Assembly (NCBI RefSeq): GCF_001194135.2 | Contig: NC_068984.1 | Span: forward strand, 127,000,344-127,064,343 | DNA from: Octopus bimaculoides | Taxonomy: Eukaryota | Direction: 5' to 3' | DNA length: 64,000 nucleotides | Part shown: piece by piece, positions 1 through 11,243 of the stretch | How the letters are laid out: each line of letters opens with the position of its first letter | How positions within the stretch are numbered: the first letter of the stretch is position 1 | Position numbers and translations under genes: made by a program | The notes under the pieces: model-generated | The model's database searches: none | What the model was told of the DNA's origin: nothing | What the model saw: only the letters and a program-made list of their open reading frames with translations

Positions 1-975
1 ATACCATCACTGTGGCAGTTGTAGTAGTATGTAGTATACACCATGTAGTATATACTGTGTAGTATATACCATGACTGTGGTGGTGGTGGTGGTGGTGGTG
101 GTGGTGATGATAATGGCGATAGTGATGGTGGTGGTGGTGGTGATGATGTTTGTGATAGTGATGATGGTGGTCTTGATTGTAGAGGTGGTGGTGGTGGTGG
201 TGTGGTGGTTGTGATGGTGTTAGTGATGACGGTTGTGATGGTAGTTGTGGCAGTGATGCTGGTGGTTGTGGTAGTGATGCTGGTGGTTGTGGTCATTGTG
301 ATGGCGGCACTGGTGGTGGTTTGTCCCTCCCCTCACATCATCACAGTAATGGTAAATGTGCATCGCAATACCACTACTGTAACGGTGCTGGTAGATTATT
401 TGCATACCATTACAGTGGTAGTTACGATAGTATATGAGCATACTGTCACTGCATAGTGGTGGTTGTGCTAGTGATTCTGGTAGTGGTGGTGNNNNNNNNN
501 NNNNNNNNNNNNNNNNNNNNNNNNNNNNNNNNNNNNNNNNNNNNNNNNNNNNNNNNNNNNNNNNNNNNNNNNNNNNNNNNNNNNNNNNNNNNNNNNNNNN
601 NNNNNNNNNNNNNGTGGTGGTGGTGGTGGTGGTTGTAGGGGTGCTGGTGATGTGTCCTATATAACATCACAGTAATAATGATCCATGTATTACTACACCA
701 CCAAAGTGGTGGGTGTTAGTAGTGATCCAGTACCACCTGGGTGACGGTTGCAGTAATGTGCCAGCATACCATGACAATGTAGGGATGTGTAGTGGTGGTA
801 GTAATAGTGTTGGTATTGGTGATGGAGGTGGTGTTGATAGTATCATGTCCTTACCATTGCAGTGGTAGTTGCAATAATATGTTAATATACCATGCCAGTG
901 TAATGATAATGGTGTTGTCATTGTTGTTGTTGGTGGTGGTGGTGGTAGAGTGTTTCCATACCATCACAGTGGTGT
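1..975. repeat. Degenerate (GGT/GAT)n low-complexity tract with a recurring ATACCATCACAGTGG-like motif
   Basis: GGT and GAT runs interrupted by about 10 diverged copies of the motif; N-gap at 492-613. Confidence 0.8.
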
Positions 976-997
976 AGTGCTGGTGCATCCCCATATA

Positions 998-1160
998 CCA
1001 TATTTTAACGTGTATAAGAAACCCTCGTGTATAAGGAACCTCTTAATTTTGGGGGCTTAAAATTTGGAAAAAGGTTTTGTAAGGGATTATAAAAGAACTC
1101 CCATATTTTTTTAACCTAATTTTTGACAAAAAAGGGTTTCTTATACATGTTAAAATACGG
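998..1160. mobile_element. Tc2/pogo-type MITE (163 bp)
   Basis: 27-bp TIRs CCATATTTTAACGTGTATAAGAAACCC (998-1024) and GGGTTTCTTATACATGTTAAAATACGG (1134-1160); TA duplicated at 996-997 and 1161-1162; CCGTA-type termini. Confidence 0.85.
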
Positions 1161-1227
1161 TAGTCACTGTAGTGGTGGTGTCTCCTATAATTTATCCACT
1201 GGCTGTACTATTCTTTTATTCTTTTCT

Positions 1228-1622
1228 TATTGTTCTTGTCTCAGTCCTTGGACTGCAGCCATGTTGGGGCACCGTGTTCAAGGGTTTTATTTGAATGAAT
1301 TGATCCCAACACTTATTTTTGTTTAAGCCCAGTACTTATTCTATTGGTTTGGTATCTTTCACTGAACTGCTAAGTTATGAGGATGTAAACAAACCAACTC
1401 AGGTTGTCAAATGGTAGTGGGGGACAAACACAAAGACTCACACACACACACACACACACAACAAGCCTCTTTCAGTTTTTGTCTACCAAATTCACTCACA
1501 AGGTTTTTGGTTGGCCTGGGGCTATAGTAGAAGACATTAGCCCAAGGTGCCATGCAGTGAGACTGAACCCAGAATCATGTGGTTGGGAAGCAAACGTCTT
1601 ACCTCACCGCCACACCTGTGCC
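1228..1622 (-). mobile_element. SINE family A (tRNA-like head, internal (CA)n), old copy
   Basis: Colinear with the younger copies at 42142-42553 and 52503-52922. Confidence 0.8.
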
Positions 1623-1836
1623 TTTATTAGCTGTTGGTCTGGTGTTCTGGTATGTTGACCAATTTTTAATGAGTCTGTAATTCAGTTTCAATTCTCAGCT
1701 GTAACTGCTTTTCATATCTCTCTGATGTGCTTTGGAATAGCATGAACGTTGCAATACACCATTCTTGCTTCTGGTAAAAAAATCCATGGAACTAGTAGTA
1801 ATGGTCATTGTGCTGAGAATAATTCTATTTAGTTGT

Positions 1837-2085
1837 GGAGGTGCATGGCTTAATGGTTAGGATATTGGACTCATGATCATAAGATTGTGATTTCAATTCC
1901 TAGACTGGGCGATGTGTTGTGTTCTTGAGCAAAACACTTCATTTCACATTGCTCCAGTTCACTCAGCTGGCAAATATGTATAATCCTGGAATGGACCGGC
2001 GTCTCATCCAGGTGGGGAATTTATTCGCTAAGGAATCTGGAAAACCAGCCCTTATGAGTCAGCATGGCTCCAGAAGGTAACCATT
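1837..2085 (+). mobile_element. tRNA-derived SINE with a V-domain-like core
   Basis: A-box TGGCTTAATGG, B-box-like GATTTCAATTCC, then GAATGGACCGGCGTCTCATCCAGG resembling the V-SINE core (GATGGACTGGCG..GTCCAGG). Family assignment is from recall. Confidence 0.6.
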
Positions 2086-3159
2086 ACTTTTATTTGGTTA
2101 GTTAAAGGTCACATGGTAACCTGTGACTGGTTCAAATGTGTGCTCAGATGTTTTAGAACCTCATTATTCATTTTATTGTAATCTGTTTCTGTGCATAACA
2201 GTGGTTAAGGCAGGGAAGGACATAGAGTATTAACCATTTTATTTACAAGGATAATAAACCTGCTGTCCACAAATGCTTACAGTGAATTGGACAGAGTAAT
2301 AATCCTTTCTGTTATAGGCACAAGAAATGAAATTCTTGGGGAAGAGGATAGTCAATTACATCAACCTCAGTACTTAACTAGTACTTATTTTGACCCCAAA
2401 AGGATGAAAAGCAAAGTTGATCTTGGCAGAATTTGAACTCAGAATGTAAAGATGGATGAAAGGCTGCTAAGTGTTTTGTCCAGCACAGTAATGATTCTGC
2501 CAGCTCACCACCTTATTATCATAATAATGGTTTCAAATTTTGGCACAAGGTCAACAATTTCAGGGTAGAGGGTAAGTTGATTACATTGGCCCTGGTGCCT
2601 GACTAGTACTTATTTAATCAACCCCAAAAAGATGAAAGGCAAAGTTGACCTTGGCAGAATTTGAACTTAAATATTTGCCAAATCCCCCAGCCCATGAAAT
2701 CCTCCAACAGCAGCCAAATATCCACCAAGTCCTCTAGCACCAGCTCCAGGCTAGATTAAGACCCTAAGCACTTAAAAGATTTTGCTGCCCCCATCATCAT
2801 CATCATCATCATCGTCGTTTAACGTCCGCTTTCCATGCTAGCATGGGTTGGACGATTTGACTGAGGACTGGTGAAACCAGATGGCTACACCAGGCTTCAA
2901 TCTGATTTGGCAGAGTTTCTACAGCTGGATGTCCTTCCTAATGCCAACCACTCAGAGAGTGTAATATATATATGTAATTCAAAATATAAACAATAATAAA
3001 CCATAAAATATTTCTTTTATTTTTCAAAATGAAAGAAAACTAACAGTAAGATGGAAGATAATGTTTATTTTTGTATACTTCCACTTTATTTAGATTTAAA
3101 AAGTTTTCTCCTACTTTTTTTAATTGCAGAGTCTTTGATCAGATCCTCAAAATTCATCT

Positions 3160-3495
3160 TTCATAACACACCTGGTTCTAGATTTAGTAGAGATAAGGGC
3201 ATCCCAAGTATCATTTTAGCAAGTTTAAAGTGATTTCTGTTGTACCATAAATCATTTACCATTTCTGTGTTGCCAGCTTCCTTTATTGTCCTTAGCACAT
3301 GCTTTTTTGTTTAATGGTTAATCTAGTGCTGGTCACCAGCTTCATAACACCAAGAAATGGGTCTTTATTAGACATAAAGCATCCCGAATATCATTTTAGC
3401 AAGTTTAAAGTGATTTCTTTTGTACTGTAAACCATTTACCATTTCTGTGTAGTCACCTTCTCTTAATGCCCTTAGCACATGCTTATTTTGCCAAA
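3160..3495. repeat. Tandem duplication, period 180 bp; related inverted copy at 16080-16200
   Basis: GCATCCC..TATCATTTTAGCAAGTTTAAAGTGATTTC starts at 3199 and 3379; reverse-complement homologue near 16090-16190. Confidence 0.8.
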
Positions 3496-3630
3496 AACAC
3501 CAATCAAATCGTCCAACACCACTATCAAAAACATCCACCACCACCAAAAAGACCAATCAAATCTTCCAACACCATTATCAAAAACATCCATCACCACCAA
3601 AAACACCAATCAAATCTTCCAGCACCAGTG
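3493..3630. repeat. 53-bp minisatellite, about 2.6 copies
   Basis: AAAAACACCAATCAAATC(G/T)TCCAACACCA(C/T)TATCAAAAACATCCA(C/T)CACCACC units start at 3493, 3546 and 3599. Confidence 0.9.
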
Positions 3631-4730
3631 AAACACCTATCAAATGTTGAATTCATTCAGGCAGTTCCCCTCAAGCAATGAACTGATAATTTCTGTCTTT
3701 GCTTATGAAATATCTGTCAAACTGTTTGTCACATGCACGTGATGTTGTTGAGCCTTGCCAGTTAGAATCTTATGTCTCTCATCTCATCCTTCCATTGCTG
3801 AACTAGTAATATGACTTCAGTACATAATACTAATTATTACAGACTGTAATTTAATCTGGCGACTCTTGGTGATTAATTATGGCAGGAGAGCAGCAAAAGT
3901 TTAGAAGCTGACTGTCAATAATTGCAGTCACTAGATTGTGTAGATATCTCAGATTGTTATTTCTCTATGAGCTACAGGAAGAGAAATCCATAGGTAATTA
4001 GTTGTCAGCTGTCTCCTCCATCTCTTCTCCTCCTCCTCCTCTCCTCCTCTCTTCCTCCCCTCCTCCCCTCCTCTGCCTCTCCTCCCGTTTCTCTCCTGCT
4101 CCTCCTCCTCATCATCATCTACATTATCATCATCATTACCATCGTCATCATCACTACCCCTCCTCTCTTCTTCTACCTCTCTTCTTCCTCCTCTCTTCTT
4201 CCTCCTCTCTTCTCCCTCCTCTCTTCTTCCTCCTCACTTTCTTCCTCCTCTTCATCATCAACATCAGCGTCAACCCTTCTCGTCTCTTTCTTCATCCTGC
4301 CTGGGTGGGTGGGCCTTCATGATGCAAGGTGATTAAAAGGGTGGAGGGATAAAAGAATTGAGACTGTGGGTGGGTGGCAGTCGCAAGAGTGTATGGGGGA
4401 GAGAGGGACACACACACACAAGGGAAAGGGTGAGGGTATGACTTTCTAATAAATTTTGGAAGCATCGAATGTGGTTGGTATTTTGCAGAAAGAAAGTAAA
4501 TTTTAGACACCATAAAGCTAACTTTTTTCAATTTTACAAGACTATATTCCCAATCTTTCTCTGTTATTCTTACAGTTTTACTGTGTCCAAAATTTACTTC
4601 CTTGTCTGCTCTATATATATATATATATATGTACACGCACACATATAGATAGATAGATATATAGATAGATACATACATACATACATACATACATACATAC
4701 ATACATACATACATACATACATAAATACAT

Positions 4731-5030
4731 GTTGGCCGTCCACTCGTGACCAAGGAAGACCATTGCCGACCTTCAGGAACATTGTGCACTCTAGGACTAA
4801 CTTATATTTTGCATTTGCAGCTCCGTTAGTGGCTAATGAGCCCTGCTCTTGACAAGCATACACGACTGCAAACATTGCAGATTAAGCTTTCCCCATTCAC
4901 TGTATGAGCTGTGCGCTTTAGCACAGCTCACTTAAGTTCTTCATGCTGGATACGTGCTCTCTCAAAAGTGTCGATCCCCTCCTTAACCTGCTTCCTCCAT
5001 CCGTGGTGATGGCAGGCATTGTTCTCCCAG
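4731..5030 (-). mobile_element. RTE/BovB-type LINE 3' end (C-terminal zinc finger and 3' UTR) next to an (ATGT)n tract
   Basis: Minus-strand translation WENNACHHHGWRKQVKEGIDTFERARIQHEELK...ICNVCSRVCLSRAGLISH matches the RTE C-terminal CxxC..GLxSH pattern. Confidence 0.8.
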
Positions 5031-5570
5031 TATACACACATACATACATACATGCATATGCAGGAAAAGCAGTATAATGTGACAACTGATGCAGACTTTG
5101 TGGAGTTCACACTGAAGATATCACCCACATCATAAGTAGTTGTCTGAAAATGTCATCATGGTATTATCTACTGATGAGACATGATGTTGCAGCTAAAACA
5201 CTCTATAATGAAATCCATCAGAAGGATAACCCTGAGGACAAAGAAATAAGAACCCACAGTATGGTAGAAGCCATAGCCACTCATAATAAAAAGGAGTGCT
5301 AGTGGAAAGTCCCAGTGAAGACTTCAATAAAACTGAACAATGACATACACACATGCATACATACATACATATACATATGAATACACACTCCCCCCCACAC
5401 ACACACAAACACATATACCTGCACATATATAGGAGTGGGAAGTTTGCTCTACAACCACATCATCCCAGGTTAAACTCTGTGGTGAAGTACTTTAGACGAG
5501 GGCCTTCTATCGTAATCTCAGGTTGACCAGTTCCTTACACCAGTTCCATCCCTACATATGCGTACAGGTA

Positions 5571-5614
<44 letters not shown>

Positions 5615-5731
5615 AGTCAGTATGTGTATGCATGAGTGTGTGTGTATGTGTATGTTTCTGTCTTTCTGTCAATGTTGTCTTTATGCTGTGACTCAGTATG
5701 GCCACACACAAATAACTAAGGCCACAAAAAA

Positions 5732-5836
<105 letters not shown>

Positions 5837-6188
5837 TGTATGTTTGTATGGATGTATATATGCATGCATGTATGTACGTATGTCTTTTTACATAGATTAC
5901 ATAAATATATATACATACATATATTATATTATTACACGTCCACAACTAATGTACATGTATATGCATAAGTGTATATGAATGTGTGTGTGTATGTGTGTGT
6001 TTGCATGTGTGTGTGTTTGTGTGTGTAAATTATCTGACCATCCATATCGCCAAAAGTAGCCTATTATTACCAGCTGACCACTAGAGTGTGACCTTTGGAG
6101 TTACTTTACTGTTCTCTCTTTCCCAAACACACACACACACACACACACTCTCTCTCTCTCTCCCCCCTCTCTNNNNNNNNNNCTCTCT

Positions 6189-6239
<51 letters not shown>

Positions 6240-6532
6240 GCATTTTATCACTTCAGACCTTATCTATAAACCCACCTCTACATATATACTTATTGGTTCT
6301 GTATTGCAATATTGCAGGCAATGATTCTTTGTCTCTCTGACTGACCTTTGACCATCTATTGGATGAGAGGACAGGAGAAGGGGGTAAAATGGTTGAAGGT
6401 TCATTCACTAACTGGTCAGGTGTGGTAGTCAGTAGAATTCTACTGAAAGCTACTGCCCTCTTAAAGGGCTCACACTGCTATATTGCTATATATATAATTA
6501 TTATTATTATCATCATCATTATTATTATTATT

Positions 6533-6732
6533 AAGGTAGTGAACTGGGAGAATTGTTAACACAGCCGATAAAATGTTTAGTGGCGTTTCATCGGCCTTGA
6601 AGTACTGGGTTCAAATTCTGCCAAGGTCGACTAAGCCTTTCATCCTTTTGGGGGTTGAAAAACACTAGGGTTGATGTAATCAACTAGTCCTCTCCCCACA
6701 AATTTCAGGCCTTGTACCTATAGCAGAAAGGA
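6533..6732 (+). mobile_element. SINE family B (ATT-tailed) between (ATT)n tracts
   Basis: Homologous to the young copies at 25469 and 60492; ends GAAAGGATTATTATT. Confidence 0.75.
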
Positions 6733-6753
6733 TTATTATTATTATTATTATTA

Positions 6754-6794
<41 letters not shown>

Positions 6795-7607
6795 GAAAGA
6801 GCAGTGCATGCCATCAAAGTGACACTGGGGTACAAATATATGAAGCCCAATATACCCATCATGACTATCCGTCTGGTAAGGGTACACCAGGCTCATGCAT
6901 CACAACCATATGTGCATGACATGGTGATCTGACATCAAGATAAACAGCGCATGACCTTGCAGGTGGGGGCCTAGTTAATATTTTCTTCTGGTCAAGTAAC
7001 CCATCCTGCTTAAAAGGTACCTGAATAAGGTTTGTTTTAAGGATGATGAACGAAACAGCCATGTTTCCAGAGGTGAATTATTCAAACCCCAAAGAGTTCC
7101 TCTCAACACATGGCTATGATGCTTCTCCACTACTTCTGCTCATGATCAGAGATGCACATATCGTCAGCCACTAAGGGACATGTTCAACTGGTTAAGGTTA
7201 AACAACTGACAAGCAAAACTGTGGTATTGGTATTGAACAGAATATTTGCTGTAGCCCATCTTTTATAGCCAAATAAGACAATGTACATCAGTGGTTCCCA
7301 AACATTTTCTGGCTGCTGCCCCCTTGACACCCAGGCCACATTCCTAGTGACCGCACCCCAACTAACCATCACAAACATAGACCTCTTTCTGAAGCAAATT
7401 CAAAACAACTATATTTCACAAGTAAAACTTAAACTAATGAACCCATTATTTTATTGTTTTTACATGAATTGCTGCTCCATTATTGCATCACTTTTCTTCA
7501 ATGCCCCTTTAGAACTTTCCACCGCCCCCAGGGGGTGCAATACCACCCACTTTGGGAATCATGATGACACTTCAAATCACAGCCAGTGCCTAATACTGCA
7601 TCAGGGC

Positions 7608-7610
<3 letters not shown>
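6795..7610 (-). mobile_element. About 0.54 kb non-coding retroposon flanked by (TAA)n on both sides, interrupted by a hAT MITE
   Basis: Reverse complement of 50523-51295 with the same 5' and 3' ends; (ATT)n at 6732-6794 and 7609-7668. Confidence 0.8.
7289..7563. mobile_element. hAT (Charlie-like) MITE
   Basis: Termini CAGTGGTTCCCAAA ... TTTGGGAATCATG with GCCCCC subterminal motifs; interrupts the host where the 50.5 kb copy is contiguous. 8-bp TSD is degraded. Confidence 0.75.
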
Positions 7611-7668
<58 letters not shown>

Positions 7669-7671
<3 letters not shown>

Positions 7672-8338
7672 TAGCCTTATTTTATCACATGCTTTCACTG
7701 CACTACAGGGCAGAGCTCTGTGTACCTTGGGTATGTACTGTAGTTTGTTGTGATGCTCTTATTACTCTATTGAAAGCGTTATACATCGGATGTGTGCAGG
7801 CCCTAGTAGTGCTATTTTCTGTATGTTATATATACTTGTGAGTCCTGGTGCTTTTGTTATGTATTTGTCTGAATATTTTTTTATTATACCTAAGGCACCT
7901 ACTATGATAGGAATTATTTCTGGTTTTAGACTCCACATTCGAGTTACCTCTATTTCCAGGTCTTTGTATTTTGAAAGTTTCTCCATTTCTTTTAGAGAAA
8001 CGTTGTCATCTGTTAGTATTGATACATCCTTTAGAAAGCATTTTTTTCTTGATGATCACTGACAACTATATCCAACCTATTGGCCCTAATTTCTCTATCC
8101 GTGTGTATTGGCATATCCCATAATATGGTTGCTTTCTCATTTTCTGTGACCTTTTCTGATGTGTGCCTATACCATCTTTTTTCTGCTGTTATTCCATAGT
8201 GTTGGCATAGCTTCTAGTGTATATAGATCCGCCCTCTCTCGTATCTGTTAATATATTCCTTCTTAGACAGGACAGGGCAGCCAGAGACAATATGGTTTAT
8301 TGTTTCTTGTCCATCTCCACATATTCTGCAGTTACTTG
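7669..8338 (-). mobile_element. R4/Dong-clade non-LTR retrotransposon, 5'-truncated (CCHC finger, restriction-like endonuclease, 3' UTR)
   Basis: Near-continuous minus frame CRICGDGQETINHIVSGCPVL...LWDMPIHTDREIRANRLDIVV...DVSI...EKLSKYKDL...IIVGALG with one stop and the RPD motif changed to RLD; (TAA)n on both sides. Confidence 0.9.
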
Positions 8339-8353
8339 TTATTACTATTATTA

Positions 8354-8412
<59 letters not shown>

Positions 8413-8852
8413 AAAACATTAAGGAAAAGAGAGATAAATGTTATGTTCCTGCAATGCATTAACAGGAGTTCAAACCATCCTAGAGCAGTTATTAAGTCCA
8501 TTATTAGAGGTGTTTTATCAAGAATATCCTGATTTTTCCACTAAATGTGTAGTATTATAATGCAACTTTTGTTAGGTCTAGATATACCAAAAAAAAAAAA
8601 AGAATCTGATGCATACCAGATGAAAGTATTGTAAATATATTTAAGAAAAATTGATAGTATTCACAAAGGAATAGATATATTCAATATATTCCTTTCCAGC
8701 AATAAGAATAATACTAATACAATTAATAGCATTTTTTCCAGATAATAAACCTAATAGTATGTATAATTGTAGGGATCAATGTAAATGCTCTTTATATAAC
8801 CGATGTTTTAAAAATGATTTAGTATTTAAATGTTCCTAATAAAGTACATCAT

Positions 8853-8934
8853 AGGTACCATGGCATCGTAGGTACCATGACATCGTAGGTACCATGGCAT
8901 CGTAGGTACCATGGCATTGTAGGTACCATGGCAT
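8853..8934. repeat. 17-bp minisatellite, about 5 copies (AGGTACCATGGCATCGT)
   Basis: Five adjacent near-identical units visible directly. Confidence 0.95.
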
Positions 8935-9519
8935 TTAAATTCAAATTTGGTTTGCATAATCAAATACATTCCTTTAGTAATAAAATAAAAGAACTTAGCA
9001 CTTCATTAGTTAAACTTCATTGGGATCTCAAAGAAATGAATGTTGGTTATTCAATTTCATGGTCACTTACATACTGCACTTCTATGAAAAGTGGGTGGCT
9101 AGCTGTAGTTTGCACTCTATGGAGGCACTAGAAATTCTGAGGTGTAAGTCTGGTCTAATTAATAAGCATAACGAATTTTTAATCTGTTGTTCCCACCATT
9201 TAAATAAAACATCCTTTTAGGTAACTTGTTTGATTTGAATAGAGTTCATGACAGCATTCTTTGTATTACTCCAGCATTATCATAGGTGACTCTATATATA
9301 ATGTTCTCTACATCTGTATACTTCCAGCTTAAATTTTTCCCCATGTAGTTAATCATTTATTTTTTTCTAATGAATTTATTTAATTTCAACAGGAAATGAT
9401 CTAATAATATCCAACCATAATTATCGTGATGCTGTTACAGTTTATTCTGTACTTTTATTCGAGTTCTTTGTCCTAATCTTTTCAAGTCTTATCCTTATCT
9501 CGATTTAGTACTGATGAAG

Positions 9520-9558
<39 letters not shown>

Positions 9559-9775
9559 TACATACATACATACACACACAAACAGGTAAGCACATAAGTG
9601 CAAAACAAAGTGGAAAAAATAGTACTTGAATACCAAAGGTAGAATAATATGCTATTTATTAAAACTGCAAAATTATCACAGAACTGTTACTCAGAGTTTC
9701 ACATTCCCATTTGTTGGACAGTTGCGTGTGTGTATATATGTATATATATATATTTGTATAACTAGATAGATAGAT

Positions 9776-9832
<57 letters not shown>

Positions 9833-10791
9833 NNNNNNNNNNNNNNNNNNNNNNNNNNNNNNNNNNNNNNNNNNNNNNNNNNNNNNNNNNNNNNNNNNNN
9901 NNNNNNNNNNNNNNNNNNNNNNNNNNNNNNNNNNNNNNNNNNNNNNNNNNNNNNNNNNNNNNNNNNNNNNNNNNNNNNNNNNNNNNNNNNNNNNNNNNNN
10001 NNNNNNNNNNNNNNNNNNNNNNNNNNNNNNNNNNNNNNNNNNNNNNNNNNNNNNNNNNNNNNNNNNNNNNNNNNNNNNNNNNNNATACACACATACAAAC
10101 ACACACTCACGCGCACATATATATATATATATACATACATACGCACGTATGCATATGTATATATGAAGGAAAGGTAAAAGAAAGAAAGAGGAGGGGACAA
10201 AGAAAAAGGTGAGAGGTAAGTTAAAGAGTGAGAAGTGAACGATGACAATGATCATGATGACAAAGGAGGAGAAGAAGAGTGATGATGATGTGGATAATGA
10301 TGATGATGATGATTGCCAGTATGTATGCATGAGCAAGCTAGGAAGTTGAAGCAATTAAAAAGAGATTTCTTTTTCTAAAATTGATTCTAATGTAAAACAT
10401 TTCCATTGAAGAATTCTATCCATCCCATCACCCCTTTTAAAGCATTATTTCACGTTGTTTTCGCGTTCTTTTTTTTTTTTTTTGTGGGAGTGGGTTTCCT
10501 GTTCTCCATTGCCAAACCATTGTTGCAGTCATAGCACTGTTTTACCATTCTATCAGCCACACACCTGATTTCCTATTATAACGCCACAGAATAAAACTAA
10601 TTATTGCACTACGCTTGTATAGGAAACCTATTGCTTTCAGCTCTGATTGTACACACACCTGCATGAATACAGATACAAGCATGTGTGCATGTGTACGTGT
10701 GTGTGTGTGTGTGTGTGTGTGTGCATACCTGTGTATACATATGTGCATAAGTACAGTTACACACACGCATGTGTATATCTGTTTCTGTATG

Positions 10792-10840
<49 letters not shown>

Positions 10841-11077
10841 GCTTATATGTGTATGTATACTTATACGTGTGTGTGTGCATGCTTGTGTAAATATGTGTAT
10901 AAGTACAATTACACACACAAACACACATACACGCACACATATACACACACACGTGTATATATGTTTATATGTACATGGGTATATGTATAAGTATACATAC
11001 ACATGTGTGTGTGATGTACTACTCAGCCGCAAACCTTGTGAGAATTTGTTATCCCTTCATCTGTATCTGTTCCAAAT

Positions 11078-11159
<82 letters not shown>

Positions 11160-11212
11160 TGTATATCTATCTATCTATCTATAGATCTGTCTATCTATCT
11201 GTCTTTATATAT

Positions 11213-11243
<31 letters not shown>

